Numbered from the stretch's first letter, positions 38,890 through 52,849 are shown. The stretch is 64,000 bases of DNA from Octopus sinensis (GCF_006345805.1 NC_043013.1:52080001-52144000); one strand, 5' to 3'. Made by a program: numbers and translations. The notes: generated by a model not told the origin, from the letters alone.

Positions 38890-39970
38890 AATAGGCATGG
38901 GTGTGTGGTAAGTAGCTTGCTTACCAACCACATGGTTCTGGGTTCAGTCCCACTGCGTGGCACCTTGGGCAAGTGTCTTCTACTACAGCCTCGGGCTGAC
39001 CAAAAGCTTGTGAGAGGATTTGGTAGATGGAAACTGAAAGAAGACCATCTTATATGTATATATACACATAATATATATGTATGTATGTGTGTGTGTGTGT
39101 GTCTGTTTGTGTGTATGTTCCCCTCTCCCCAACATCACTTGACAACCAATGCTGGTGTGTTTACGTCTTCATAACTTCAGCAAAAATGACCAATAGAATA
39201 AGTACTAGGCTTACAAAGAATAAGTCCTGGGTTTGATTTGCTTGACTAAAGGTTGTGCTCCAGCATGGCCACCGTCAAATAACTGAAGCAAGTAAAAAAG
39301 AGAAGAAAAAAGAATGTATGACAGTCTTCTTCCAGTTTTCACCTATGAAATCCACTTTGGTCAGCCCAAGGCTGTACTATAAAACACTTACTCGAGGTAC
39401 CACAGTGGGATTGAACCCAGAGCCATGCGGTTGGAAAGCAAGCCATGCCTACACCTATATACATATACTATTATACATATACTATCATACATATAGTAGA
39501 TACATAATAGCAATGATGTACGTACAGTTTTAATATCACTGTGACTGTGTACGTACAGTTGATATTTGCACAGCAATGCTTGATGTACAGTCGATGTATC
39601 ACTGTAAAGATGGACATACATGAGGTATATAACAGCCATGCTGTAGTTCATGTGGCTTACTGGTTAGGGTATTTGGCTCATGATAGTAAGGTTGTGAGTT
39701 CAATTCCCAGTGGTGCGTTGTGTCCTTGAGCAAGAAACCTTATTTCACATTGTTCCAGTTCACTCAGCTGGCGAAAATTAGTTTCACCTGTATTTCAAAG
39801 GGCCGGCTTTGTCACACTCTGTGTCAGCCTGAATCTCCCTGAGAACTGCAGTAAGGATATGCAGGTCTGTGGATGTTAATTTGCATGTTAATTTCATATG
39901 TAAGCTTTTCCGACTGATTAGATCCGCTGGAATCCTTGTTATCATTGCAGACGGAGTGCTGTAGCACTGT
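38890..39970. mobile_element. SINE cluster (family B +, family B -, family D-like +)
   Basis: Diagnostic heads and tails. Confidence 0.8.
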
Positions 39971-41689
39971 AACTGTATCACTGACCATGTATATGTCATA
40001 TCATCATCATCATCATCGTTTAACGTCAGTTTTCTGTGCTAGCATGGGTTGGACAGTTCGACCAGGGTCTGGGAAGCCAGGAGGCTGAACCAGGCTCCAG
40101 TCTGATCTGGCAGTGTTTTCTACAGCTGGATGCCCTTCCTAACGCCAACCACTCCGTGAGTGTAGTGGGTGCTTTTTACGTGCCAGGGGAGGCTGGCAGC
40201 GGCTGCAATTGGTTGGTGCTTTTTACGTGCCACTGGCACCACTGTAAATATCTAAATATCTCCATACAGTATCTAGTTGGTTGATCCAGTTTAAGGAACT
40301 GTCATCACTGGGGAGACTTCAGAGTAACAAGCTCCTGGGTCAGGTAAAATAATTTACTACACACTGGTATTGAGTACGTTTTATCTTGTTGGTTAAAATC
40401 AATACATACGTGCACAGGGATGCACACTCACACTCGTGCCTAGCCTTCTGCCCCTTTGCTCTCTTCTGTTCACTTTTTCGCATCATGAGGGTAATCTGAC
40501 ATCTTGTGCACTGGTGTTGTAAATGAATCTCACCATCATACAGGAGGTGTTGTTCATCTGCAGTCTTCTGTGAAATTGCAGCCAGCCAATGTGCTGTTCA
40601 TACTTGAAGGACTATTGGAAACATGTGAGTGCTGGAGAGTTTGATAAGAGCTGGCAAGTCTGAAGACTGCGCCAAGTTCCGTTTGCCACATTTTGCATAG
40701 TTTCTACAGCTGGGTGCCCCTTCTAACACAAATCAGTTAAATCATCGACAAATGGACAATCATTATGTAATTACTTTTATTAGCTTGCAGCTATTTCTAC
40801 TATGAGAAGCAAGACACTCAGCTATAGGTACATGCTTAGTTATAGCAGAAACAACTGTAAGTCAATGGAAGTGATTAGATAACTTCTGTTCTTTTGTCCT
40901 ACATTAATCAATAATATTCTCTGTACTCACCTGATACTTTACTCTAAAGCACAAACATGTTGAGTTCTACCCTACGCCTGGTGAAATCATTATTATTATC
41001 ATCAGTATTTAATGTCTCTTTCTATGCTGGCATGGGTTGGACGATTTATACGATATATACTGAAAAGTGGTTGGCATTTGGAAGGGCATCCAGCTGTAAA
41101 AGTCATGCCAAAAAGTAACCTCACCTGTGCTGATGCCAGGTTAAAGTACTAAGTCCAACCTGCAGAGTGGTTTGTGTCAAGAAGAGCCTCCAGCTGCAAA
41201 AGCCCTGCCAAAACAGACACAGTAGCCTAGGATAGATTTCAACCTGGCTGGCTCCTATCAACTGTCCTACCCATGCATGCATGGAAGACGAACGTTAAAC
41301 GATGATGATGATGGCATATATATAGAACATAAAGTCAGGAGTTATGAGGCATGAATACATTTCTATTTAATGATGTAAGTTCCATAGGCTTATGGTCGTT
41401 TCACAACCTTTTTTATGTGGCATTGATATCAGTATGCAAGAAATTATACAGTGATGTTTGCATTAATATGTTTGCTTGGCATTATACAGTACAAGTGTAT
41501 ATTCACAAATTAATGCAAATAAAGAAAGCTAGCTCATCAGATCACCAGAACATCATGGTTATATATACTTACATGCTAATATCAAACAGTGATCCAAAAC
41601 GGAGATGTGTAGAACACTTTCATGTGGCACAAACGAACAATTGTGAATACCATTTCAAATGAAACCATTGGTTGCTTTGTTCACCCACA

Positions 41690-42100
41690 AACAAAGTATC
41701 TATCCATCTATCTACCTACCTATCTACCTACCTATATGAATGACGAAGCCACCTTGACTATGATCCTATGAACCGTAAAAATTAATACAGAGAGTTGTTT
41801 ATTTGTAAAAAAATATAACATGTGACTTCATTGACCGAGGTTACTGTGGTCTTTTCCATTCTTTCCACGGGTAAACGTCACCTGTCCTCCCCTTTACACT
41901 TTATATTGACATTTCCGTGATAACGATCCCTATTGATCGATTTTTTTTCCTTTTCCTTTTATTTTTTATCCCACCCCCTTTTTTGCCCTCTTTCTTTCCT
42001 TTTGATCAAAAACCAAACCCCTTTTTTTTTTATCCCCAAAAGAAAAGCTCTACCTTGTAATCTGTCCTGTCTGTGTGCAGCCCTGTGTGGCTATTAAATG
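41690..42100 (+). mobile_element. Unclassified element 3' end, possibly Penelope-like
   Basis: T/C-rich body ending agccctgtgtggctattaaa, a tail shared with SINE family A. Confidence 0.4.
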
Positions 42101-42364
42101 CTGGTGTGTTTACGTCACTTAGCGGTTCGGCAAAAGTGACCAATAGAATAAGTACTGGGCTTACAAAGAATAAGTCCCGGGGTCAATTTGCTCGATTAAA
42201 GGTGGTGCTCCAGCATGGCCACAGTCAAATGACTGAAACAAGTAAAAGAGTAAAGAGTAAAAGAGTATATCTACCTACCTATATGTCTATCTATCTATCT
42301 ACCTATCTGTCTACCTACCTATCTATCTATCTATCTATCATCTATCTATCTATCTATCTATCTC

Positions 42365-42478
<114 letters not shown>

Positions 42479-43412
42479 GTAGATATAGAGAGATAGATAG
42501 ATACGCAGGTATCTCTGCATGTGCATGCACATGTGAGCGTCTGTGTTTGCCTACATTTGCACTTGCTTCTAGGAAAGTTACAGCTTATATGCAGTGGTGA
42601 TGGTGTTGTTGTCAACAAACTGTCTGCTCCCTTTGCCCCTTCTAAGTTGTATAGACCAAGAGATCCCTTACAGGCTAGTGTTAGCAAGGGGAAAGGCATC
42701 CAGTTGCAGAACAATGCCTCAATAGCATATTCATTTAACCAATGCTAGCATGGAGAGATCGGATATCTGAACGGAAACTTAAAACGAACGAAAAAAATGC
42801 TATAAGGAGTGGGAGCACAGTATAAATGACCAGTGCTTTGCATTGTTTGTAGTGTTGTCTTGAAATTTTCTCGTGGGAACAGGGTTTCAGAACTTCCTTC
42901 CGTTGCACTTCCCCACCTTCTCACATCTGTTGCACTGACCTTAACATGTGCAGACAAGACCACTTCATGCTTCAATCTCATTGCTGCTCTCATCACAAAC
43001 CACCACCACCACCATCACCCCCCCACCATCACCATCACCCCCCCCCACCGCCACTGTCACTTGATTGTAAGCAATGGTTATTTATCTATGAGAATTTATT
43101 GACATAGATTATAGTTTTGTGTGTGTGTGTGTGTGTGTGTGTGAAGTATGTATCAAGTGTTGTCAAGTTGTGTACATTTTCACATTATCTGCCCCTCCCC
43201 TCCCTCCTTTGTCACTTCTCTCTCTACCCCCTCATCACCACCACCCCCATCCATTTCCTTCTGTCTCTGTATTCCTACACTGCACATTTTGCACTCCACC
43301 CACAGGTCACATGACTACTTGATCAGGATTTATAATCGGAACCATTGAACTGTTACGATGTATTTCAAGTAGAAGACTTCAAGGATATATATATATATGC
43401 ATGCGTGTGTAT

Positions 43413-43446
<34 letters not shown>

Positions 43447-43859
43447 ATGCATGCGTGTATATATATATATATATATGTATGTATATATCATGAATGTTTG
43501 TATATATCATGTGTGTATATATATATATATATCATGTATGTATATCTTACTGTTTTTATCTGTGTTGCATTGTTGAGTGGGTGACACTTGGCCTTCGTCT
43601 GTAAGAATCTACAGACATTACCTTAAACACAATCTGATGACATCATCATCATCATCATCATCTTCTCTGTTTTCTTCTCAACTAATTCTTCAACTCAAAT
43701 ATTTTGATGTGCTGCCATTGCTGTTTCACTTAATTCTTATAAATTCTTCAGAGAGCTGCTTTGAAATTCTTAAGAATTTCTAGATTATAAATTTTAAAAC
43801 TGTTTTAAATTTGGTCTTAGAATATGAATATGAATAAGCTGAAAAGAACAGATAGCATG

Positions 43860-44580
43860 GCACCTTTTATCAATCCGAAAGGATGGAAAGTGATGTCAGC
43901 CTTGGCGGAATTTGAACTTAGCGCACGAAGTTGGATGAAAGGCAACTAAGCATTTAGTCTGGTTCTGCCAGCTTGCTGCCTTATAATGATTTCTGATTTT
44001 GGCACAACACCTGCGATTTTGAGGGGAGGAGTTCGTTGACACCATCAACCCCAGTACTTGACTGGTACTTTATTTTATTGACCTTTGAAAGGATAAAATG
44101 CTAAGTTGACCTTGCTGGGATTTGAAACCAAAATGTAAAGAGCTGGAGGTAAGACCACAAGGCATTTTGTCTGATATGCTAATGATTCTGCTTGGTCACT
44201 GCCTTTGGGTTCCAAACTTAGAAACAAGGTCTGCAATATGGAAGAAAACGGGTTCGCTGGTTACACAGACTCTTATTTTATTGACCCCAAAAGAATGGAA
44301 GGCAAAGTTGACTTTGGCAGAATTTGAACTTGGAACATAAAGAGCTGGAACAAAATACCACAAATCATTTTTTTTCCCAATGGTCTAACAATTCTGCTAA
44401 CCAAGCACCCTTGTAGTGTTTTCTAATTTAGGGATGAGGCCAGCAATTTTATGAGGGTGGGATTAATTCATACTGTTGACCCTTGTACTTCACTGGTATT
44501 TTATTTTTTTGATCTTAGAAGGATAAAAGGCAAAGTTAGCTTTGGCAGTATTTGAACTCTGAACGTCTAGAGAGCTGGAA
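43860..44580 (-). mobile_element. Tandem cluster of 3-4 family A SINEs
   Basis: Repeated aaggat(g/a)aaaggcaaagt..gcagaatttgaac. Confidence 0.8.
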
Positions 44581-45139
44581 GAAATATTTCCAGGATGTTT
44601 TTCTTTAATACTGATGATTCTGTCTGTCTGTATGTACCCTGGGTAACTGCTGTGTTTTTGAGTTTCGTATTCTATAGAATGGTACTCTGAGTAATCTTTT
44701 GTACAGTGCCAGTATTTCCTTTTTGTTATGCATTTTGGTTGGCACGACTGTATGGTTAAGAAGTTTGTTTCCCAACCACATAATTCTGGGTTCAGTCCCA
44801 CTGAGAGACACCTTGGGCAAGTTTCTTCTACTATAGCATCAGGTCAACCAAAACCTTGTGAGAGGATTTGGTAGATGGAAGCTGAAAGAATTGCATTGTG
44901 TGTGTGTGTGTGTGTGTTACATATGATAATTGTAAACAAGCATCACCATCATACAATTTCCAATAGTCTGTGGAAACATGTCTGGTCTTGGGGAAATAAT
45001 ATCTTACTTGGAAACAGGTGAGGGTTGATGACAGGAAAAGCATTCAGCTGTAGAAAAAACTGTTTTAATACAGCTCCATTGGACCCGCGCAGGAATGGAA
45101 AAGGGGACATTAAAAAGATGAACTCATGGAATTTTTGTT

Positions 45140-45345
45140 ATGTATTTGGTCCCTTTTATTTTAATCATTCCCAAAGCAACTGTTTACTTTTAACCCCTTC
45201 ATCTGAGTTACCACTATTTTCAGATCTTTAATTTTTTTTATAGTTTCTTCATTTCTTTAGAGATCCATTATTGTCTGTTGGGACTAAGACTTTGATCAGG
45301 AAGCACTTCCTATCTTTATTGCTTGTCTTTGATAACAATATCTGT
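45140..45345 (-). pseudogene. Dong/R4-clade LINE fragment (restriction-like endonuclease region)
   Basis: DIVIKDK..RKCFLIKVLVPTDNNGSLKEMKKL.K.KDLKIVVTQM, with frameshifts. Confidence 0.75.
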
Positions 45346-46651
45346 TCAATTATCCTTGATCTCTCTAAATACAATTTACACAGCCCTTCTTCTTCAAACT
45401 TGCAACCCCCTGAAATTCACCCCCACAAGAACCACCACCACCAGCTATCTGCCCATATTTTTCCTACAGATTTTGCATTAAAAACAAATATTCCCACTAG
45501 ACATCAACTACATTAACCCATTTGATACCAACCCACCTGTGACCATCCCTGGCTATATGACACAAACTTATTGTTTTGGAGTGATTTCAATTAAAATGCA
45601 CCAATAAAATGTCGTTTTAATTTATGTTCAAAACATCAGATTAATAATTATAATAATTATAATAATTATAATAATAATAGGAAAGATATTTTAGTGTGTA
45701 TTTCATTATTCTAAAAATTAATTAAAACAAAATCAGTGTTATTTTGATGGTGATGCTTGTGTGATTAAGAAGCTTGCTTTGCAACCAAGTGATTTTGAGT
45801 TCAGTTCCACCACGCAGCACCTTGGGCAAGTGTCTTCTACCTTAGCTCCTAGCAATACCTTATGAACGAATTGAGGGGAAGTGTGTGTGTGTGTGTGTCT
45901 GTCTGTATGTATGTATGCATGCACATGTGCATGCACACAGACTGTGTGTGTGTGACTTATTTTGAAGTCTTCTGGCCTACTGAATCATGGGGATGTAAAT
46001 AAACCAACACCAGTTGTCACTACACACAGATTCTGTGTGTGTGTGTGTGTGTGTGTGTATTTATATATGTACATATGTATGTGTGTCTTTGTGTTTGTTT
46101 CCTGGTCCTACTTGATGGCTGGTGTTGGTTTGTTTACGTCCCCATAATTTAGCAGGCCAAAAGACTTAAAGAGAAGTACTAGGGTTGACTGGTTTAGCTT
46201 AAACCCTTCAAAGCAGTGCCCCAGCATGGCCACCATCCAATGACTGAAACAAGTAAAAAATGAGAGAGCAACCAACTGACCTCTCCAGCCTGGGTTGGCC
46301 CAGAAACCTCATGAGCACTGTCCCTCATTTTCTGACTGTTTTCAAAACACAAAGAAGATTAATAAATTCCTATGTATTGCATTATCAATCATTTTCAGCC
46401 AATATTTTCTGTCCAGACACCAAATAATTGACTTGGTTCTCTGTTTTCATTACATAACTTCTATAAATTGGATGCTGTGTCCATCCATCTTAATTTCTTT
46501 CTAATATCTTGTCTGGCATATTTCTTGACTTCTTATATTCTGATTGTAAATCTTTGTGAGGTCAACTTTGCCTTTCATCCTTCCAAATAAAATGACCTTT
46601 ATTTCCAGTTTTCTGTGAAAATAATGTCTAGTCATGGAGAATATTTCTTTA

Positions 46652-46654
<3 letters not shown>

Positions 46655-46698
<44 letters not shown>

Positions 46699-47270
46699 GC
46701 CCTCATGCAGTACCAGGCAGTGGCTCTCGTGGCTTCTGATCTTAACTGATTGGAAGTGTTATCATGTACATTGTTTTGTCTTGGTATTAAAAGATCGGCT
46801 ACAGCAAATATTCTGCTCAATACCACTGATTTGCTTGTCAGTTGTTTGACCTTAACCATTTGAGCATGTCCCTTAGTGGCTTACGATATGTGCATCTCTG
46901 ATCACGAGCTGAAGTAGTGGGGGAGCATCATAGCCATGTGTTGAGAGGGATCCTTTGGGGTTTGAATAATTCACCTCTGGAAACATTGGTGTTTTGTTCA
47001 ACATCCTTAAACAACCCTTATTAAGGGACCTTTTGAGTGGGATGGGTTACTCGATCAGAAGAAAATACTAACTGTGCCCCACCTGGAAGGTCATGCGCTG
47101 TTTATCTTGATATGAGATCACCATGTTGCGTACATATGGTTGTGATGCATGTGCCTAGTGTACCCTTATCAGACAGGTAGTCATGATGGGTATATTGGAC
47201 TTTGTATATTTGTACCCCAGTATCACTTTGATGGCATGCACTGCTCTCTTGCTCAATAATAATGATAGTA
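46655..47270 (-). mobile_element. Unclassified retroposon-like repeat with (ATT)n tail
   Basis: About 600-bp body ending in an (AAT)n run on +; no ORF; recalled as a high-copy cephalopod repeat, not verified. Confidence 0.5.
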
Positions 47271-47420
47271 ACATTGAAAAATACCTTAGAAATGAGAACC
47301 CAGGTTCGAAATTTCCCCAAGACACCCGATGAAGGCTGGAGGGTATATCAGCCGAAATGTGTTAACAACAAACAAGATGAGGACAAATATCCGTCAAATG
47401 TAAATAATGTAAATAATTTC
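47270..47420 (+). mobile_element. Headless copy of the hammerhead-bearing element
   Basis: gaaaaataccttag..gacac-ccgatga-aggctg..cagcc-gaaa; collinear with 15735-15880 and 57260-57420. Confidence 0.85.
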
Positions 47421-47979
47421 TTTACCGTATTCTTTGAAGATTGTCTACATAAAAGGCACCTTGCCATAAAGAAAATCAAGGGTTCCATGCATGGAAAAGT
47501 GGACATTATTAAAATGACAAAGATGATGGTCATGGCTGGAATGCTTTTGATCATAGGTCTACTGAATTGCTGCTGAACTTAGGGTTAAACAATAATCTCT
47601 GCTCAGAATCTCAAAGCTGTTCTTGAATTTCTCACTTAACCCTTTTAATGTCATGACATACCCCCTACTCTGATCTCTTCAATCTTCCGTTCCGCATCAT
47701 TTCATTAGCATATCGTCCCACCCATCCACCCACCTCCCACCTCTGCTACCCGTTTCCATGTTTCTGTGTTATCAATAAGTTTCTTGCTGTGATTCACCGG
47801 AAGAATTCTCCTGTTGATCAGAACACATTCCATCAGGATTCTTCAAAAGATTCCATTTAAAATCTCAACAAACCTGATTTTCTGGATTAAACTGCATTCA
47901 TCAATGCCTAGGGAGTTGTGGGGTGTGTGCGTGCTTGCGTGTGTGTATGTGTGTGTGTGTGGCAGTATACATACATCCA

Positions 47980-48208
47980 GTGGTGAGCTGACAGAAACGT
48001 TAGCACGCCGGGCGAAATGCTAAATTTTGTCTGCTGTTACGTTCTGAGTTCAAATTCTGCCGAGGTCGACTTTGCCTTTCGTCCTTTCGGGGTCGATAAA
48101 TTAAGTACCAGTTACGCACTGGGGGTCGATATAATCGACTTAATCCGTTTGTCTGTCCTTGTTTGTCCTCTCTGTGTTTAGCCCCTTGTGGGTAGTAAAG
48201 AAATAGGT
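47980..48208 (+). mobile_element. Near-consensus family A SINE
   Basis: Complete head to tail. Confidence 0.9.
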
Positions 48209-48668
48209 ATACATCCATCGATGCCGGTATGAGATGTATGTGGTTGAGAAATCCACTTCCTAACTGATTGATAGTTCTTGGTTCAATCCCAATTCATAGC
48301 ACCTTGGACAAATGCCTTCTACTTTAACTCTGGGTCAACCAAAAATCTTGTGATCTGATTTGGTAGAAGGAAGCTTAAAGAAACGTGTTGCATGTGTGTA
48401 CACACACACACACACAGAACAGATTTCTTTCAGCTTCCTTCTATCAAATCTGTTCACAAGAATTTGGTGCTTGCGTGTGTGCATGCATGCACACATACAT
48501 ACAGACACACACACACGCATGCTACAATCTTCCCCTCAGTTTCCGTCTACCAAATTCATTCACAATTCATGAATATCTGAGTTTTTTCGTATAAAACAAA
48601 TTGTATGACAACATAAAAAATAAAAACTATAATCTATTTTAACATCTAATCTCTTCCATTGCTTAAAT

Positions 48669-48858
48669 ATGAATGAATTTCTTGAACTGTGTTTAATAAG
48701 TTAAATCATATATTGGTTATTTCTATATATGTGTGTATATATCATCATCATCATTTAACATCTGCTTTAAATGATGATGATGATATATACACATATATAT
48801 ATAGAAATAATCTGTATATGATTTAACTTATTAAACACAGTTCAAGAAATTCATTCAT
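48669..48858. repeat. About 90-bp inverted duplication with 8-nt spacer
   Basis: atgaatgaatttcttgaactg.. mirrored by ..cagttcaagaaattcattcat; spacer catctgct at 48759-48766. Confidence 0.9.
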
Positions 48859-49075
48859 ACTCTTTGCTCTTCCACTCTTTTACTTGTTTCAGTCATTTGC
48901 CTGTGGCCATGCTGGAGCACCACCTTTAGTCGAGCAAATCGACCCCAGGACTTATTCTTTGTAAGCCTAGTAATTATTCTATCGGTCTCTTTTGCCGGGG
49001 ACGTAAACACACCAGCATATCGGTTGTCAAGTGATGTTGGGGGGGGGGGGGGAAAACACAGACACACAAACGTAT

Positions 49076-49159
<84 letters not shown>

Positions 49160-51009
49160 GATGACGGGCTTCTTTCAATTGCTGGCATGGGCTGGACGGT
49201 TTGACTGGGGTCTGGGAAGCCAGAAGGCTGCACCAGACTCCAGTCTGATGATACTAGTGTTTCTACAGTTGGATGCCCTTCCACAATCGGTTGGTGCTTT
49301 TTACGTGCCACCTGCACAGAAACCAGTCAAAGCGGGGTTGGCATCAGCCACGTTTGGATAGTGCTTTTTACATGTCACCGGCTGAAGGATCTCAATTACA
49401 ATTTTCTCTTGATTTTGGTTTTGATGTACTTGACTCAATAGGTCTCCTCAAGCATGGCCTGTCGCCCTACGATCCAAGGTACTTTTGAATGGGCTGGGGC
49501 TGGTTATGCGACACTGGTGTAGGTTACAGTGTTGAACTCACTTTATTTGCTGGGTCTTTTCAGTCACAGCATACCTCCAGAGGTCTCGGTCTTTTGTCAT
49601 TGCCTCTGTGAGGCCCTGTGTTCGAAGGTCATGCTTCACCAACTCATCCCGAAATAAATTTTGACGATGTACCAGTCTCCATAGCCTCTATCATCCATGC
49701 CAGCATGGAAGGCAGATGTTAAATGATGATGATAGTTATATAAACTCAAAGGAGGATTTTCTTAAAAATTATTAGATATTTTAGTAAAAAGTCTTAGAGT
49801 AGCAGAAAGACACGAACCTTCCAAAAGATTTGTCCCATCACATATATGCGTGTGTGTGTGTGTGTGCGCGCACGCGTGTGTGTGTCTTTGTGTGTGTTTG
49901 TCCCCTCCACCACTACCACCACCTTGACAACTGGCATTTGTTTATGCCCCAACCGATGGAACGAGTACTGGGCTTAAAAGATAAGTTTAACTAAAATTAG
50001 TTTAACTAAAACCTTTCAAGGCAGTGCCCCAGTATGGCCACAGTCCACTGACTGAATCAAGTAATCAAGCAAAGGATCAAAGATTATAATTTTTTTTTTT
50101 TGTTTTTTTCTTCAAAGTTGAGGTTAAAACCTCAAAGACTTATTCCGTTGGAAATAGCATTGACCATTTGCTATTTTCTATTAGCAGTTCATCTCGGACA
50201 GTATGAATATATAATCACATCTTTTGGACAGTCTGGTTAATTTTAACTTTGGGTCTTCTCCAGCTGGACACAAATCTTTTTCTCAGTTTCTTTTTTTTCT
50301 TCTTTTTCCTGATTCTTTTTCTTTGTTATTTTTCTGTTATTTTTTCATTTTAATTTTTTCTTTGTTAGAATCTTTTCTGTTTCTTTCTTTAAAAACTTAT
50401 TTGAAAGTTTCCCTCCCCCCCACTTCAGCCCACCTTTCTATTCAAAAGCAGTGATTTATCACCAGAGGAGACTCTATGGTCATAGTTGTTGTTGTTGTTG
50501 TTGTTGTTGTATATTCAACTTTATTTACATTCTCTTCAGACACCAAAACTAAATAAAGAAATAGATGGCGGGGGGGGGGACTTTTTTCTTCTTTGATCTG
50601 TCTATCTGCCTGCATGTCTGTCTGCCTCCATGTCTGTCTGCCAGAATGTCTGTCTGCCTGCATGTCTGTCTGTGTCTGCTCCTTTCTCTCTTCCTCTGTC
50701 CGCTCCTCTCTCTTTCTCTTTCTGCCTCTCTCCCCCTTCCTCGCTCTCTCTCCTCAGTGACATCTTTAAATCTGTTGTGTTACTCAATACCAAGTACTCA
50801 ATACCAAGCGCTTGGTATTGACACCCTGTTATTTCCTTTTCTAATTATCATAACGCTTCAGTCCTTTACCATATTTGACCTTTAGAATTTCTTTACTTAA
50901 ACTCTAGGTCAGAGTTCAAAATCAGAAACTTTTTATTCTGCTAGTCTTAAACAGAATCTCAAAAGACAATCAATGTATGTGTGTAGTTTGCATGAAACAT
51001 TATCTGATA

Positions 51010-51390
51010 TACTCTTTTACTTGTTTCAGTCATTTGACTGTGACCATGCTGGAGCACCGCCTTTAGTCGAGCAAATCGACCCCAGGGCTTATTCTTTGTA
51101 AGCCTAGTACTTATTCTATTGGTCTCATTTGCCAAACAGCTAAGTTACAGGGATGTAAACACACCAGCATCGGTTGTCAAGTGATGTTGGGTGGAGACAA
51201 ATACATACACACACACACATATACACAACGGGCTTCATTCAGTTTCCATCTACCAAATCCACTCACAAGGCTTTGGTCGGCCCGAGGCTACAATAGAAGA
51301 CACTTGCCAAGGTGCCACGCAGTGGGACTGAACTCGGAACCATGTGGTTCATAAGCAAGCTACTTACCACACAGCCACTCCTATGCCTAT
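51010..51390 (-). mobile_element. Full-length family B SINE
   Basis: Near-consensus copy. Confidence 0.9.
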
Positions 51391-52849
51391 GACATATAAA
51401 TTTTTCATTTTCTTTTTTTACAAAACAAAACGATTTAAGTTTTCATAAAGCGATACAGGTCAGTGGTTTGTACTTTCACTTTGTATTCCAATATTTCGGG
51501 GATAGGACCCCTTCTTCAAGAAATCTTTGGTGAAATGGTGTTAGGAGTCTGACTCCTCTCCAGAAATATTGAAGTACAAAGTTCAAACCATCAACTTGCA
51601 TTATTTCTTATAACTTGCATTGTTTTGGTTTTATAAAAATACACAAATGCACACATGCATGTTGGTGTGTGTGTGTGTGTGTGTGTATTCTTTTTTTCTT
51701 TTATTCTTTTATTGTTTCAGTCATTTGACTGCAGTCATGCTGGATCACCATCTTTAGTCAAGCATAACTTAGCAAATCAGCCAAAAGAGACTGATAGAAT
51801 AAGGTCCAACCTTCAAAAACTGGGGTTGATTTGCTTGATTAAATCCTTCAAGCAGTGCCCCAATATGGCCACAGTCTAAAGATTAAGATGTGTGTGTATG
51901 TGTGTATTAAGGGCTCTACACAGCTGTCTCGTAACAAATACCATTCTCAAATTATTAGTGAATCCATTGATATAAAGCACTTGCTGAAGTGTAGTGCAGT
52001 GTGGGATGGAACTAGGCACTGCATGGTTATGAAGCACACACCTTTAACCACACTGCTAAATGTGTTCTCATAAATTTACATCTAATCAAGCATGCCTGCT
52101 CAGGTATTTTAACCTCGCTAACCAAGGTGAGAAAGTTCTTGTCTCTTATACTTCCTTATATTCACCCTTCTCAGACCGATTCTTCACCTTTGATTCTGTT
52201 GACCAATTTAAAACCATCTTGGAGAAAATTAGAAACTGTAATGTGCAGGAGTACTGATTAATCTTTTTCTTTTTGACACAAATTACCCACTCGTTAGCTA
52301 ATTGCCAACACCATCGGCTTTTTTTAATTGAAATTCTCTCAACCATTTATGAACAGCACCAAATTCTTCTAAAAGTTCCAAACTTTTTCGGTGTTCAGTA
52401 GTGTCTTCTTTTTCTTTTATTATTATCTTGGTTGCCTCAGTATCACTTATTATTATTATTATTAGTAGTAGTAATAGTAGTAATAGTAGTAGTACTATTA
52501 CACACGTTTCAGTTGTTTTTGTTTTAAAACATCTCAGCTCAAACAATGACTGGTACTGTTGTTGCTGTTGTTATTGTGGTAACAGCAGCGATGGTTATAG
52601 TAGTAGTAGTAGTAGTAGTAGTTGTTGTTGTTGTTGTATGACTTATAAAACATTGTAATTAAGATTGCTAATTGGAACTATCCGGCAGGAGAAGTGATTC
52701 CAAGGCAAATTACCGTAATTGGGGAAGATGGACAGAAGTAATCAATTAACTATTTCCATACACATACATACATATACACACACATACATATATGCATATA
52801 TACATATACACACATACCTACCCACCCACACACATCTGCTCATGTATAA

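Noticed and set aside
52060-52420. Short protein-like ORFs on both strands (FDSVDQFKTILEK)
   Set aside because: At best a weak RT-like remnant; it cannot be assigned.
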